NCBI RefSeq assembly: GCF_009914755.1
Contig: NC_060931.1
Strand: one strand, 5' to 3'
From: the human T2T-CHM13v2.0 reference genome, Homo sapiens
DNA length: 64,000 nucleotides
Part shown: positions 15,254 through 31,935 of the stretch, piece by piece
Position numbering within the stretch: the stretch's first letter is position 1
Layout of the letters: every line of letters starts with the position of its first letter
Notes under the pieces: generated by a model
Databases searched by the model: none
What the model saw: only the letters and a program-made list of their open reading frames with translations
What the model was told of the DNA's origin: nothing
Program-made: the position numbers and the translations under genes

Positions 15254-17004
15254 CTATAAAGATTTAGAAAACAATGTTAATAAAGTTTTAGTAAGATAGC
15301 CCACTGGGTTTATTTTTCTTTTAGAAGGAATGGTAGATAAAAATATATTGTGTGAAGTAAGTGATGCAAAGATTGCAATCCATACAAGGTCATTCTTGAT
15401 AGCATAATATCTTTTACATGAAAAAGAAGCCCAGACATACACACACGAGTAAGACGTGCTTTATTGTACATATTAGAAAGTAAGTGATGAGTATCCAAGT
15501 TAAGCAATGCACATAACAGCTAAATAAATAAAAGTTGATAGGCTGAATATTCAATACTGGCTACATAGTATGATAGTTAATAGAGAAAAATGTAAATGTT
15601 TTGAAGCATGACAGCTATTGTACAATACGAACTACAAACAGCAATTCAAAATATGGCAGGAGAACTTTCTGGCCAGAATCCTGAGTTTTGCTTTTTCCAA
15701 ACTCTCTAAAGCAGTTAGAGAGCACCGTTCCTGTGCCTCTGCTACCTCTGCCCAAGAGTATATCAATGTGGTCTACTGTTGGGAACCTCTCAATGGGTGA
15801 GGCAGTGATCTATGGGAAGTCCCAACTCTGCCCAGATCATGATTGTTCTCCCCCTTCACAGTGACAGGTCTAACAGTGGCAGAGCAGCAGGGTGCAAGAA
15901 CTGTAGTCTTTTCTAAACTCCATTCCTCTCGGAAGTTTTCATCTTTTCTCTTAATAGTTTCTGCTCACTTTTACTTTCCCTCTTATTAACTTTTATGTAA
16001 TTACAGGGGAAGAGTAGAAATGGATCACCACCCCAATGTCTTCTTGTTCCATCTAGCTTCACTATCTATACAGACTTTCCTTTTCTCTAACAGCTTTTAG
16101 GCTTCTCTACATTTTTTTATTATTATTATTCTTTCCTGTCTTGAAAAATTCACCTGACACCAATCCCTTTTCTTGGTGTCTGTCTTCCCTCTGCAGGCCT
16201 TTTATCTGACTCTCTTCTCACAGGATATTGGATTTAATTTCTAAACTGTGCTAGAGGGTTTCCCCTTCTTGTTATCTCTGTCTCATACTGTATTCTCCAA
16301 AAGTATACATAACTAATAGTTATATACGTCAACTGTACATATTCCCATCTTATAATGAGCTTCTTATTCTATCTGTAGAGTTGTTTACCTAATTACCAGC
16401 CATCACAAAATTGTAAAATATTTAACTTATCAAACAAATCGATGACTTTATCAAAAAAACACAGTAACCTGTAAATAAATGTAATCAGAGTCACATAACA
16501 ACAATGTGAATACTTTTCCAGTAATTAATGGACAGATGTCTAATATTCTGTTTTCTTGATTCTTCCTAAAAATCTAAACATGGTGTAAGTTCTCTGATGA
16601 GACTACAGACATCTGGTATCATCAGGAACTGCTGAGGCTGCAAGAGATGGCACCGCATGGAAGAAAGAGCTCTGCTCCTGGAACTGGAAGTTCCATGTCC
16701 AGGCTCACTCCATTCCCCATTGATTTCCACAACTTGTGTATGTCCCTTTTCCTTCACTTACCACACAGACTTAACAATAAATATGAATAAATTTTGAAGT
16801 CCTAAAAGAGCTGTAAATATGTACATTATTATTACTATTATTATTAATTCACATGAGAAATGACTTTATATATAAATCGATAGATGTACATTACTCAGGG
16901 AATAAAATAAGAGCTCTCCAATCAAGCAGTACTATCTTAGCTACTCCTTATATATGCAAGTAGAACCTATTTGCCAAACCTGACCAAAACCTTTCTCAGC
17001 TCCT

Positions 17005-17145
17005 AGTGACCTCGAGCAGGTTAACCTCTTAAATCCTCAGTTTCTTCACCTGTAAAATGGGAGTAATAATGATACTTTTCTCATAGAGTTGTTGTGAGAA
17101 TTAAATAATCAACACTTGTCAAGTGCTTAGAACAGTGCATGGGGA
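17005..17145 (+). mobile_element. MIR
   Basis: cctcagtttcttcacctgtaaaatgggagtaataat...gttgtgagaattaaat. Confidence 0.8.
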
Positions 17146-17719
17146 TAAATTATTCACTGCACATTTACTTTCAGTACACACCAACACATAGTAATAGAAA
17201 GGATGTTGAAAGTTCTCTAAGTGATGGCTAGACAAAAGATTATTGAAATTCAAATGAGGAAGATATTTCTGGCTGGAAAAACACGTATGTTGAGAATTTC
17301 ACATTAACATGATCAACTTCTGACATTTATATATCACTTTGAAATATTTTAATTACATATTCTCTCCTCAATAAAGGGATACTTAATTTTCTCTACTTAA
17401 AATCTCCCAAGTTGTCAACTCCTTGACTCAATGACTCCTTATCTTCTACAACAGCAGTTCCCAATCTTTTTTACAATAACAGTACCTAAGATGAAATAAT
17501 GTAATTTGTATAACACATTACCATGAATATACCCTGAGTTATACATAATTCCTAATGTGTTAGCTGTTTCTATATCCAAGTCAAGAAAGCCTCTCAAGAG
17601 AGCTCATTAGAGAGCCACATTGTCACAAAATATAATAATTTCCAACTTAGATACTTTGAATATCATTATTAAAATCAAGTTACACTAAATTTGACATTGT
17701 ATTAAGGTGCAATATTCTA

Positions 17720-17925
17720 AAGCAGTTATAAGTGTGGGTTCTGGAGACAGATCATTGGGTTCAAACGCCCCTCTGTCACTTATTGATGTGGTGTCTTGAA
17801 TGCATTTCTTAATTTCCCTATATCTCACATTTCTCAGTTATATAGTGGGCTAATAGCAATTCCCACCTCAGAGGGATATATAAGGATTAAATGAATCAAT
17901 ATATATAAAACATTTAGTACATCAT
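17720..17925 (+). mobile_element. MIR
   Basis: tctggagacagatcattgggttcaaac...ccacctcagaggg...aggattaaatga. Confidence 0.7.
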
Positions 17926-19249
17926 ATTACGTATTAACTATAATTTCTTTTGTTGTTTTGTGGAAATGTTGTGTTTGAGAGCCACTGTCTATATGAGAAC
18001 ATATAAACTCAGTGAGCGTATAAGTTTTCCTGATGTCACTCTCACTAATCTCTGATCTCTTTCAACACAATGCCACCTATACCTAAAATTCCGGTCCCTA
18101 AATTCATTATGCTCTGTCTCACCATTCTGTCTTTGTTCAGGCTATTTTCTCTAATTTCCCATTCTCTTTCCTCCTTACCCCTCTCTATATAATTCCTTCA
18201 AGATGAGGCTCAAGGGTCATGCACTTACAGAAGCTTAATCTTACTCCAACCCTGGGGAAGGTGCCCAACCACCTCTTTATGTCCTAACATGCAATATCGA
18301 AGCACTCGCAACATTCCACAGACTTACTATCCATTCTGTACCTGACCAAACATTTATTGCACAGATACTTTTTTAGAGCCTATTATGTGCTCAACACTGG
18401 GTGGACCCTCTGCAATCTTCACAAAACTATGGTCTTCTTAAGAAAGGCAAAAGTATCTATTATCTTTGTAAGCACTGCAGCAAAGACAGTGTTCAGTACT
18501 GAGCAAGTAATCAATAAATTATAGGAAAGCATGAAAGAGGCATCCCCTAATGATCCCAAGCAAATCCATGCTTCCCTCTTCATGACATTATGAACTTCAT
18601 GTATATTTTCTGTCATCTTTTATATTCACAAATGGAGAAACCAAATAAATCCTCTCACTTTGTTATTAATGTGACATTAGAAACCACGGGGAAACTTTGA
18701 CATATCTGTGAAGGGGCTCTGAGTTAATCACCAGTAGCTGAAGTGGTTTTTATTACTGATGACCCTTGCATCTTGTTTTCCTAATGCGATTTCTAGTCTT
18801 AAATTAGGCTTGCAGTTGAATTACTTCAACCCTTTTTCAGGAAGAACTGATTCCATTACATATTGACTCATTTCAAATGACTGCCATGGAACTCTGGTCA
18901 ATGTAGAAAGAGCATCGTTGAGTAGCCATAAGGAACTAACTCATTAGCTGTTTAATAATTCCTACAAGTTTGCCATCTTTTAAAAATGTCATTGTTTGTA
19001 CTGAAACTGGCCACTCTGAGAAACAGAATTAAGTGGCGAATTTTTTTTTGTCCACAAAAAAATTTCAAATGACAAATGTCTGTTAATATAGTCATTAATT
19101 TATCAAGGTTTAATAACAACACAGGTAAGAAATATAACTTTGACAGAGTGGGGTTCCAAGATGGCCAAATAAGAACAGCTCCAGTCTACAGCTCCCAGTG
19201 TGAGCGACGCAGAAGACGGGTGATTTCTGCATTTCCAACTGAGGTACCA

Positions 19250-19750
19250 GGTTCATCTCACTGGGGCTTGTCGGACAGTGTGGACAGGACAGTGGGTGCA
19301 GCCCACCGAGTGTGAGCCAAAGCAGGGCGAGGCATCGCCTCACCCGGAAAGTGCAAGGGGTCAGGGAATTCCCTTTCCTAGCCAAGGGAATGGGTGACAG
19401 ACAGCACCTGGAAAATCAGGTCACTCCCACCTTAATACTGCGCTTTTCCAACGGTCTTAGCAAACGGCACACCAGGAGATTATATCCCACACCTGGCTCA
19501 GAGGGTCCCATGCCCACGGAGCCTCACTCACTGCTAGCACAGCAGACTGAGATCCAACTGCAAGGCAGCAGCGAGGCTGGGGGAGGGGCACACGCCATTG
19601 CTGAGGCTTGAGTAGGTAAACAAAGCAGCCCGGATTCCCTCAAACTGGGTGGAACCTACTGCAGCTCAAGGAGGTCTGCCTGCCTCTGTAGACTCCACCT
19701 CTGGGGGCAGGGCATAGCCAAACAAAAGGCAGCAGACCTCTGCAGACTTA
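19250..19750 (-). promoter_or_regulatory. L1 antisense promoter / ORF0 region (approximate limits)
   Basis: ORF0-like start MACAPPPASLLPCSWISVCCASSE* at 19598-19524(-); antisense donor-like sites cag|gtgtgg (19492), cag|gtgctg (19407), cgg|gtgagg (19343). Confidence 0.6.
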
Positions 19751-20173
19751 AATGTCCCTGTCTGACAGCTTTGAAGAGAGTAGTGGTTCTCCCAGCACGG
19801 AGTTTGAGATCTGAGAATGGACAGACTGCCTTCTCAAGTAGGTCCCTGACCTCCAAGTAGCCTAACTGGGAGGCACCTCCCAGTAGGGGCAGACTAACAC
19901 CTCACACGGCCGGGTACCCTTCTGAGACGAAACTTCCAGAGGAACAGTCAGGCAGCATCGTTTGCTGTTCAGCAATATTCACTACTCTGCAGCTTCCACT
20001 GCTGATACCCAAGCAAACAGGGTCTGGAGTGGACCTCCAGCAAACTCCAACAGACCTGCAGCTGAGGGTCCTGACTGTTAGAAGGAAACTAACAGACAGA
20101 AAGGACATCCACACCAAAACCACATCTGTACATCACCATCATCAAAGACCAAAGGCAGATAAAAACCACAAAG

Positions 20174-21187
20174 ATGGGGAAAAAACAGAGCAGAAAAGCT
20201 GAAAATTCTAAAAATCAGAGCACCTCTCCCCCTCCAAAGGAACGCAGCTCCTCACCAGCAATGGAACAAAGCTGGATGGAGAATGACTTTGACAAGCTGA
20301 GAGAAGGCTTCAGATGATCAAACTTCTCCGAGCTAAAGGAGGAAGTTCGAACCCAATGCAAAGAAGTTAAAAACCTTGAAAAAAGATTAGACGAATGGCT
20401 AACTAGAATAACCAGTGTAGAGAAGTCCTTAAATGACCTGATGGAGCTGAAAACTATGGCACGAGAAATACGTGATGAATGCACAAGCTTCAGTAGCTGA
20501 TTTGATCAACTGGAAGAAAGGGTATCAGTGATTGAAGATCAAATGAATGCAATGAAGCGAGAACAGAAGTTTAGAGAAAAAAGAGTAAAAAGGAAAGAAC
20601 AAAGCCTCTAAGAAATACGGGACTATGTGAAAAGACCAAATCTACGTCTGATTGGTGTACCTGAAAGTGACAGGGAGAATGGAACCAAGTTGGAAAACAC
20701 TCTGCAGGATATTATCCAGGAGAACTTCCCCAACCTAGCAAGGCAGGACAACATTCAAATTCAGGAAATACAGAGAACACCACAAAGATACTCCTCGAGA
20801 AGAGCAACTCCAAGACACATAATTGTCAGATTCACCAAAGTTGAAATGAGGGAAAAAATGTTAAGGGCAGCCAGAGAGAAATGTAGGGTTACCCACAAAG
20901 GGAAACCAATTAGACTAATAGCAGATCTCTCGGCAGAAACTCTACAAGCCAGAAGAGAGTGGGGGCCAATATTCAACATTCTTAAAGAAAAGAATTTTCA
21001 ACCCAGAATTTCATATCCAGCCAAACTAAGCTTCATAAGTGAAGGAGAAATAAAATCCTTTAGAGACAAGCAAATGCTGAGAGATTTTGTCACCACCAGG
21101 CCTGCCCTACAAGAGCTCCTGAAGGAAGCACTAAACATGGAAAGGAACAACCAGTACCAGCCACTGCAAAAACATGCCAAATTGTAA
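20174..21187 (+). pseudogene. L1 ORF1p remnant
   Basis: ATG GGG AAA AAA CAG at 20174; internal stops (e.g. agcctctaa); C-terminal 186 aa open (KRPNLRLIGVPE...YPAKLSF). Confidence 0.92.
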
Positions 21188-21250
21188 AGACCATCAAGGC
21201 TAGGAAGAAACAGCATCAACTATTAAGCAAAATAACCAGCTAACATCATA

Positions 21251-25073
<3,823 letters not shown>

Positions 25074-25440
25074 ACAGTGAGAACACATGGACACAGGAAG
25101 GGGAACATCACACACTGGGGCCTGTTGTGGGGTGAGGGAAGTGGGGAGGGAAAGCATTAAGAGATATACCGACAAGTTAATGGGTACAGCACACCAACAT
25201 GGCACATGTATACACATGTAACAAACCTGCACGTTGTGCACATGTACCCTAGAACTTAAAGTATAATAAGAAAAAAGGAAAAAAAAGAAATGCTATTTAC
25301 ATTAAAAAAGAAATATAACAAATATATTTGATTAAGCAATATTCACACATATTTTACATGATAAATTATGCTCACATTTTCCTGTTTTATTTCTCTCCAT
25401 CCTATACGTTAGGTATTTCATAAATTTTGATGTGTATTAA

Positions 25441-25743
25441 TTTTGTTTTTGAGGAGGGTGGTGGAAAGGGTCTCCCTCTGTCACTCAGGCTGGAACTCGG
25501 TGGTGTCATCTTGGCTCACTGCAACATCTGCCTCCTAGGATCGAGGGATCCTCCAACCTTGGCCTCCTGAGTAGCTGGGATCACAGGCCTGTGCCACCAT
25601 GCCCAGCTAATTTTTGTAATTTTTGGTAGACATAGGGTTTTGCATGCTGCCCAGGCTGGTCTTGAACTCCTGGGGTCAAGCAATCCTCTCTCCTTGGCCT
25701 CCCAAAATGCCAGAATTACAGGCATGAATAAATGTGCCCAGCC
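25441..25743 (-). mobile_element. AluJ
   Basis: gtcactcaggctgg...gtagctgggatcacaggc...cctcccaaaatgc...gcccagcc. Confidence 0.9.
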
Positions 25744-25775
25744 AAAAGTGGATTAATTTTTTAAAATGGTTTTCA

Positions 25776-26065
25776 CACTGGGTGCAGTGGCTCATACTTG
25801 TAATCCCAGCACTTTGGGAATCTGAGGTAGGAGGATCTCTTCAGGCCAGGAGTTCAAGACCAGCCTGGGCAACACAGTGAGACCCCCATCTCTACCAAAA
25901 GATAAATTAGCCAGGCATGGTGGCATGCACCTGTACTCCTCATTACTCAGGAGGCTGGGGTAGAAACATCGCTTGAGACCAGGAGCTTGAGGTTACAGTG
26001 AACGAGAATTGCGCTACTGCACTCCAACTCCAGGTGACAGAGCAAGATGCTGTCTTAAAACAAAC
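25776..26065 (+). mobile_element. AluJ
   Basis: ctgggtgcagtggctcatacttgtaatcccagcactttggg...gacagagcaagatgctgtctt. Confidence 0.9.
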
Positions 26066-26334
26066 TTTTCCATCCACATGTGCTAGTGCAGAAATGGAAA
26101 CAAACAACATGGAGTTGTGAGGTAATGTTTACTCATCAGGTGCTACCCTTAGATGTCACACATCTCCTTGAATATTTTCTGTTCAATAAGAAATGTGTGA
26201 AAAAGTATATTTTTATTCGTAGGCATCTCAAGCACTCCAACATGGTTTTGTAGGGAAAATGATATATTCAATGAAGATTTTTTTTTTCAAATGTTGGCTC
26301 TTTTGAATATTGCGCAGGGGAAGAATATGGGCTT

Positions 26335-26540
26335 GGGATGCAGGGACTAGAGTCTGCTTTCTGGCTCTACCAATTATCCGTGTGATCTGAGTAAGTTACC
26401 CTCCTTAAGCCTGTTTTCTCATCTGCCAAGCAGGCATAATAACCCCAACCTTCCTAAACTGTTACAAGTGTTGCATGAGATGACAGTGTATATGACTGGT
26501 ACACAATAGATGTGCAATGAACGCAAACACTCATCATCTT
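26335..26540 (+). mobile_element. MIR
   Basis: gtgtgatctgagtaagttacc...gcctgttttctcatctg. Confidence 0.6.
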
Positions 26541-27168
26541 CCATTCCTCTGGCTGCACTTATGCCCCCTTAGTATACATTTTCTTGTTTACACCATGCAA
26601 AACACAATGTAAAAATAATGCATTCACCTTTATGTGCAAAAATTATACATCTCTTTGTTAGTGCAATCCTCTCAGTTTTTTGTCAAGTTTATTCTTCCCT
26701 GCTCCCCTCATGCTACCAAAACCTTATTTTCCTGATCATCACTGCCTAAACTATTGGAAAAGCAGGAAAAAAATAAGAAAGCTAGAAATGAAATGGGTTA
26801 ATTTAGTAATTTTTAGCACCCTTAAATAAAGAATAAATATGTGAGATTTGTCATTGACCAAAATGCCATAGGAAGTAGCAATTTTCAACAGTGTCTCAAT
26901 TATTCATGCTCTCTTTCCTTATCCAATTTACTTTACTAAGTATTTATTACACTTAAATAGATTCACATATTTGAATTAAAATCATATAGTTTTATTATTT
27001 AGGAACTTGATTACTCTTACATGTATCAATTACTCACCCCAGTTCTCTGAAGCCTTTAGCATGTGACTTACTGTATTCTCCTCCAACCACATTTCTGTTA
27101 TCTCTTTGGTGGTAGTATAATTTACTCAACACTCAACATCCTGGCTGCAGAGTTAGACTTACTTATTT

Positions 27169-27508
27169 CCAATTACCTTTTTTGTTTGTTTGTTTGTCTG
27201 TTTGTTTGATTTGAGATGAAGTCTTGTCTCTGTCCTCCAGGCTGGAGTGAAGTGGCTCCATCTCGGCTCACTGCAACCTCCGCCTCCCAGGTTCAAGTGA
27301 TTCTCCTGTCTAAGCTTCCTGAGTAGCTGGGATTACAGGCATGTGCCACCATGCCTGGCCAATTTTTGTAGTTTTAGTAGAGACAGGGTTTCACCATGTT
27401 GGCAAGGCTGGTCTTTAACTCCTGACCTCAGGTGATCCACCCACCTCTGCCTCCCAAAGTGCTGGGATTACAGGTGTGAGACATCATGCCTGGCCCCAAT
27501 CACCATTT
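27169..27508 (-). mobile_element. AluS with degenerate TSD and (TTTG)n tail
   Basis: Full dimer with cctgacctcaggtgatcc; TSD ccaattacc(t)ttt / ccaatcacc(a)ttt. Confidence 0.9.
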
Positions 27509-27914
27509 AAAAAAAAAAAAATCATTCACGCATCTTGACACATACTATCATAGTCACTCTCTGGAAGTTGTCTTGTTTAGTAACCATATCATCTCCAAAA
27601 GTTTCCTCTTTGGACACCACCTTCCATCCTCACTGCAACAATTCTATGATTTCCTACACCTCCCAATTCATTAATCACCCCGTTTTGTCACACTGCTTCG
27701 CTCCCATGATAGTGACTCTTCTCTCCTATTCCTAGACATGTTCTATGATCTTTCTAGGGAATACCCTCTATTCTCTTGCGCTTCTCTCTGTCCAGTGAAT
27801 TGCTCTATCAAAATCACAGTCATTGTACAATTAAATTCAATTGTACATCTTCTTTGCCTGCACCCAAGAAGCCGAACATTGTTTAATAAAATGATAAAAT
27901 TTTATTGTCTGACA

Positions 27915-28032
27915 AGACCAGGACTAGGCTGAGGCAAATGAGATGCCCAGGGCATGACTCCGAGAGGGAATCTATCTCCCTGAATTTTGCATGCTAGGTG
28001 CCTCACTTCCTTTACCTTGTCCCTGCTGTCTG
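27915..28032. mobile_element. MER91A-like hAT MITE
   Basis: ccaggactaggctgaggcaaatgagatgcccagg ... ctaggtgcctcacttcctttaccttgtccctg form imperfect inverted termini. Confidence 0.6.
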
Positions 28033-28867
28033 GTCTTACTTTAAATTCATACCCTCAGATTTCACATGGACAATCAGCATTGCTCTGCAATCCTATCACA
28101 CTTTCCCAGTTGGCCCATTTCCCCCTCGCTTCTAGGTAATATTTGACTGTTTCATGACTTATTCTCATCCCTCACATATCCAACACCTTCCTTCCCCTGT
28201 CATTCCGGCTTGCTTCATACGTTTCCACTGAGAAAAGACAGCAATACAAAAACTTCCTCATCATTCCACCACAAAATCTACCGCCTACCTGCATCCACAC
28301 TCATATTCTCCCATCCCTCCTGATGCAACACATATCCCAGGTCCAATCAAAGGCATGTCCTCCCTTGGTGCTGGGGCCCCATCACTCTCACCTTCCATGC
28401 ACTTTCAGTTCAGTTATCTTTTCTTTCTTTTACATAAACAAATTTAGACTTTTGGCAGAAGTATCCCCGTCAATTTACAAATCAGTTCTAATAGCTCTCA
28501 AGAAGAAAGCAACTAAAATCCGTTACTCTATCCCCACAGACTCATTCAGCTACTGCTTCATTTTTCACTCCCTTCATGGTAAAATTGTGTTCATTTTCTC
28601 CACTTTCTTATTTCTCTTTTACTCTTTGACACATTTTAAGTTAAAATTTAACCTCATTCCTCCACTGATGAGTCTCAAATTTATATGTCTAGCCCTGAAT
28701 GCAGACTTTTCCAATTATTTGTATCTCCACGTTATTGTTTGATAATTATCTCAGACACAATGCTTGATTCTTACATATTTCCAAACATGTTCTTCAGACA
28801 GTCATCTCCGCTTAGTAAGCAGCTTACTGTCCAACCATTCAATCAATTCAAAACCTAATTTAATACC

Positions 28868-29085
28868 CACATCTATAGCAACACACAGGACTAAATCTTA
28901 ATGTAAACTAAGGACTTCAGTTAATAATGATGTATCATACTGATCCATTAGCTTTCATACATGTACCACATTCATACAAGATGTTAACGGTTGGGGGAGC
29001 TATGTGTGTGTGGAGGGGTGTAATATAGAAATTGTGCTCTATGTTCAGATTTTTTGTAAATGTAAATTATTTTCTTAAAAAGTCT
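28868..29085 (+). mobile_element. L1MC-type 3' end fragment
   Basis: aatgtaaactaaggacttcagttaataatgatgtatc...atgtaccacattcatacaagatgttaa. Confidence 0.65.
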
Positions 29086-29094
29086 AAATTTTTT

Positions 29095-29322
29095 TAATGG
29101 TGACATTAATTTTAATATACTTTATGTAAACTAACATATGAAAAATATCACATCAAAATATAATCAATATAGAAATATTGAGGTACTTTATGCACTTATT
29201 TCCTAAGTCTTCAAAATCTTATGTATACTTTATACTACAGCTTATCACAATTCAGATTAGCCCTGTTTCAACTGCTCAACACCCACATGGTTAGTGCTGA
29301 CCAGATTAAAACAACACAGGTC
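29095..29322. mobile_element. MER33-like (hAT-Charlie) fragment
   Basis: ctaagtcttcaaaatc...tttcaactgctcaacacccacatggttagtg. Confidence 0.6.
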
Positions 29323-29581
29323 TAAAAGGCAGATAATTTCAGCAGCCACTGCTCCCTCGCTCCAACACTCCATTCACTGGGGATGAAGGCCCACTGCTGA
29401 GCCTTTCTCATCTGGCCTCCTCTTCAACTGGACTGAACCCCCCTTCAATCATTTCTTCCCTAAATGTATGTGGACCAACCAAAGACTGACGTATGGCTCA
29501 GTGGATGCCAGATCTGGAGACCAGATCCTAAAATAAAATCTAAACTTCTCCAGAGGTAAAAATAAACAAGGCCCATATCTA

Positions 29582-29809
<228 letters not shown>

Positions 29810-30404
29810 TTACCCCCTCTTGCATTAACCTTGTCTTGGCTACTATAACCTCTCCCTGAACTCTTAGCAGGTATCCTGCATTCACACTGAACAACAACAA
29901 TCCACTCTCTACCCTACAGTCAGAATGACAATGAAACACAAATCAAATAATATCCCTCTTCTTGATATCCTTCAATGGCTTCCCATTTCACTTAGAATAA
30001 AACTCAAAGGCTTATCATGGCCTTTAAGTCTCTTATTTATCTGATCTTGCTCATTTTCTGTACTCCTTCCAACCTGGTCTTCTTTCTGTTTGCAAGCACA
30101 TGAAGGTTGCTCTCTCTCAGGGATTTTCTGTTTTCTCTTCCCAGTGTTCTTCCCGACTTGATCTTCTGACTGGCTTCTTTCATTACTCGTATCCCACCCA
30201 AAATATCAAGAGAGGCTTGTCGGATCACCATATCTAATTTAGCCTGATTTCTATCCCTGTCATTCACTATTACACACATTATTGCCTTCATAGTACTTTT
30301 AAATATCTAAAAATATTTGGTTTGTTTAACTGATCGATATAAATCGCTGGATGATATGCCTGTGATTGTGGAAAATATTTCTATCACATTCTCCACCATA
30401 TATA

Positions 30405-30832
30405 TAGCTCAGACTATTGGATGAGGATCCAAATAAATATTATCTTTTTCCTGGGCACATAGCTAGGCTACCCTTTTCCAGTCTTCCTTGCACTTAGGCA
30501 TGGCCAAATTATTAGTTCCAGACAATCAATTGTGAGCACACGTGATATGCACTACATTGGAGGGCATTAAAACCCCCTAAGTGGTCTTCTATGGTCTTTT
30601 CTCTTCCTAGCTGGCTAGAATGAAAATGTTATGCTGGACACTTTGAGCATCTGCATGTTAAAAATGACAGAACTTACATTAGGCTGGATTCCAGCGTGAG
30701 TGCATGAATATCCGTGCTACTAACCTGTTAATCCACCATCCCTTTAGCATAATTGTGTGAGTATAAAACAAACTTCTATTCTGTTTGAGTCATTACAGGT
30801 TGTCAGTCTATTTCTTCCAGCAGACACCCATA
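30405..30832 (+). mobile_element. Ancient MaLR solo LTR (MLT1-type)
   Basis: ttcctgggcacatagctaggctac...ccttgcacttaggcatggcca...aaacttctattctgtttgagtcatt. Confidence 0.65.
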
Positions 30833-31891
30833 ACATCCAAGTATCTAGTGAGTTCTCAATGAATAGTTATTAAATGAATAAGTGAAATCATATTAAGTCT
30901 GGAAATAAATGTTTCACTTCATGTCACATTATAAAGCTTCAAGAATAGTGTAGAGTGAGTATCAGACACTGGCATGGATTAATAACTTGTTTCAGATTGT
31001 CCTTAAGAGTTAATACTCATTACTTCAATGTGGATATATATAATATAAGGTGGACTTGAGAAAGTGTAATCATTCTTCAGAATTGCACTGGATAAGTATC
31101 CATGTTTATTTACCTTGGCTAAAATACACAATTCGTTTCCATAAAAACCAAATATAGAAGTATTAAAAATGTGTGCCCAATTTTAGGTTGAAAATGGCTT
31201 TAACTGTTTTGGTGTGTTAAAAAAAAAAAGACACGACAAGAAATGTAGTTGAATAGCATTTCTAATTCTCTGAACCAACTCTTCTTCTTGATCTATCAAA
31301 AAACTGAGATAACAATAGTAATTTCTCCTGTGGAAATGTCTTCATGATCCTTGGATAAAAGGTGCTTTAAGGTTGCAAAGTGTCATTGTCATTAATGAAT
31401 AGCACTATTTGAGAAACAGAAATAGACCCTATAATTGCATTTATAGTACTCAAATAAGCTGATTCAACTTTTAAAATGGGAAAAGACCCATTATTCCGTG
31501 ATATGCATCTCAGGGAAGCAGATGAATTAGGAGGTTTAAATAAAATCTCTTGTAAGAAAAGTAACCACAGAGACTATTAAAATATCAAATGTTTGGCTAA
31601 AGGAAATAAATAAAAAAGAACATACAATAATTAGGCAAGATTAGGTAATATATCTTAAAATGAATGTGAGAACAAACCAAAATACGTTACAATACCCTGA
31701 ATCTAATATATTTTCATTCTGTAACAGAAATCCTCTTTTCATCTTATGTACTTGAAGCCCTTTATTATTTTTTCTGGGGTACATTAAATACTTTACATAT
31801 AAAAATGTGTATATATGACTTCCATTATAAAAAGGACTTTGCTTTATTAATCATTGTATCTCTAATAGTGATGATTACATATATGAGAGAA

Positions 31892-31896
<5 letters not shown>

Positions 31897-31933
<37 letters not shown>
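31897..31933. repeat. (TG)n microsatellite
   Basis: Uninterrupted tg run. Confidence 0.95.

Positions 31934-31935
<2 letters not shown>

Noticed and set aside
15740-15910. Possible sno/scaRNA-like segment upstream of the exon
   Set aside because: No convincing box C/D or H/ACA architecture or recognisable family match; an Rfam search would be needed
19524-19598. Intact ORF0 or an ORF0-GRM8 fusion protein
   Set aside because: TGA at codon 25 precedes the splice donors
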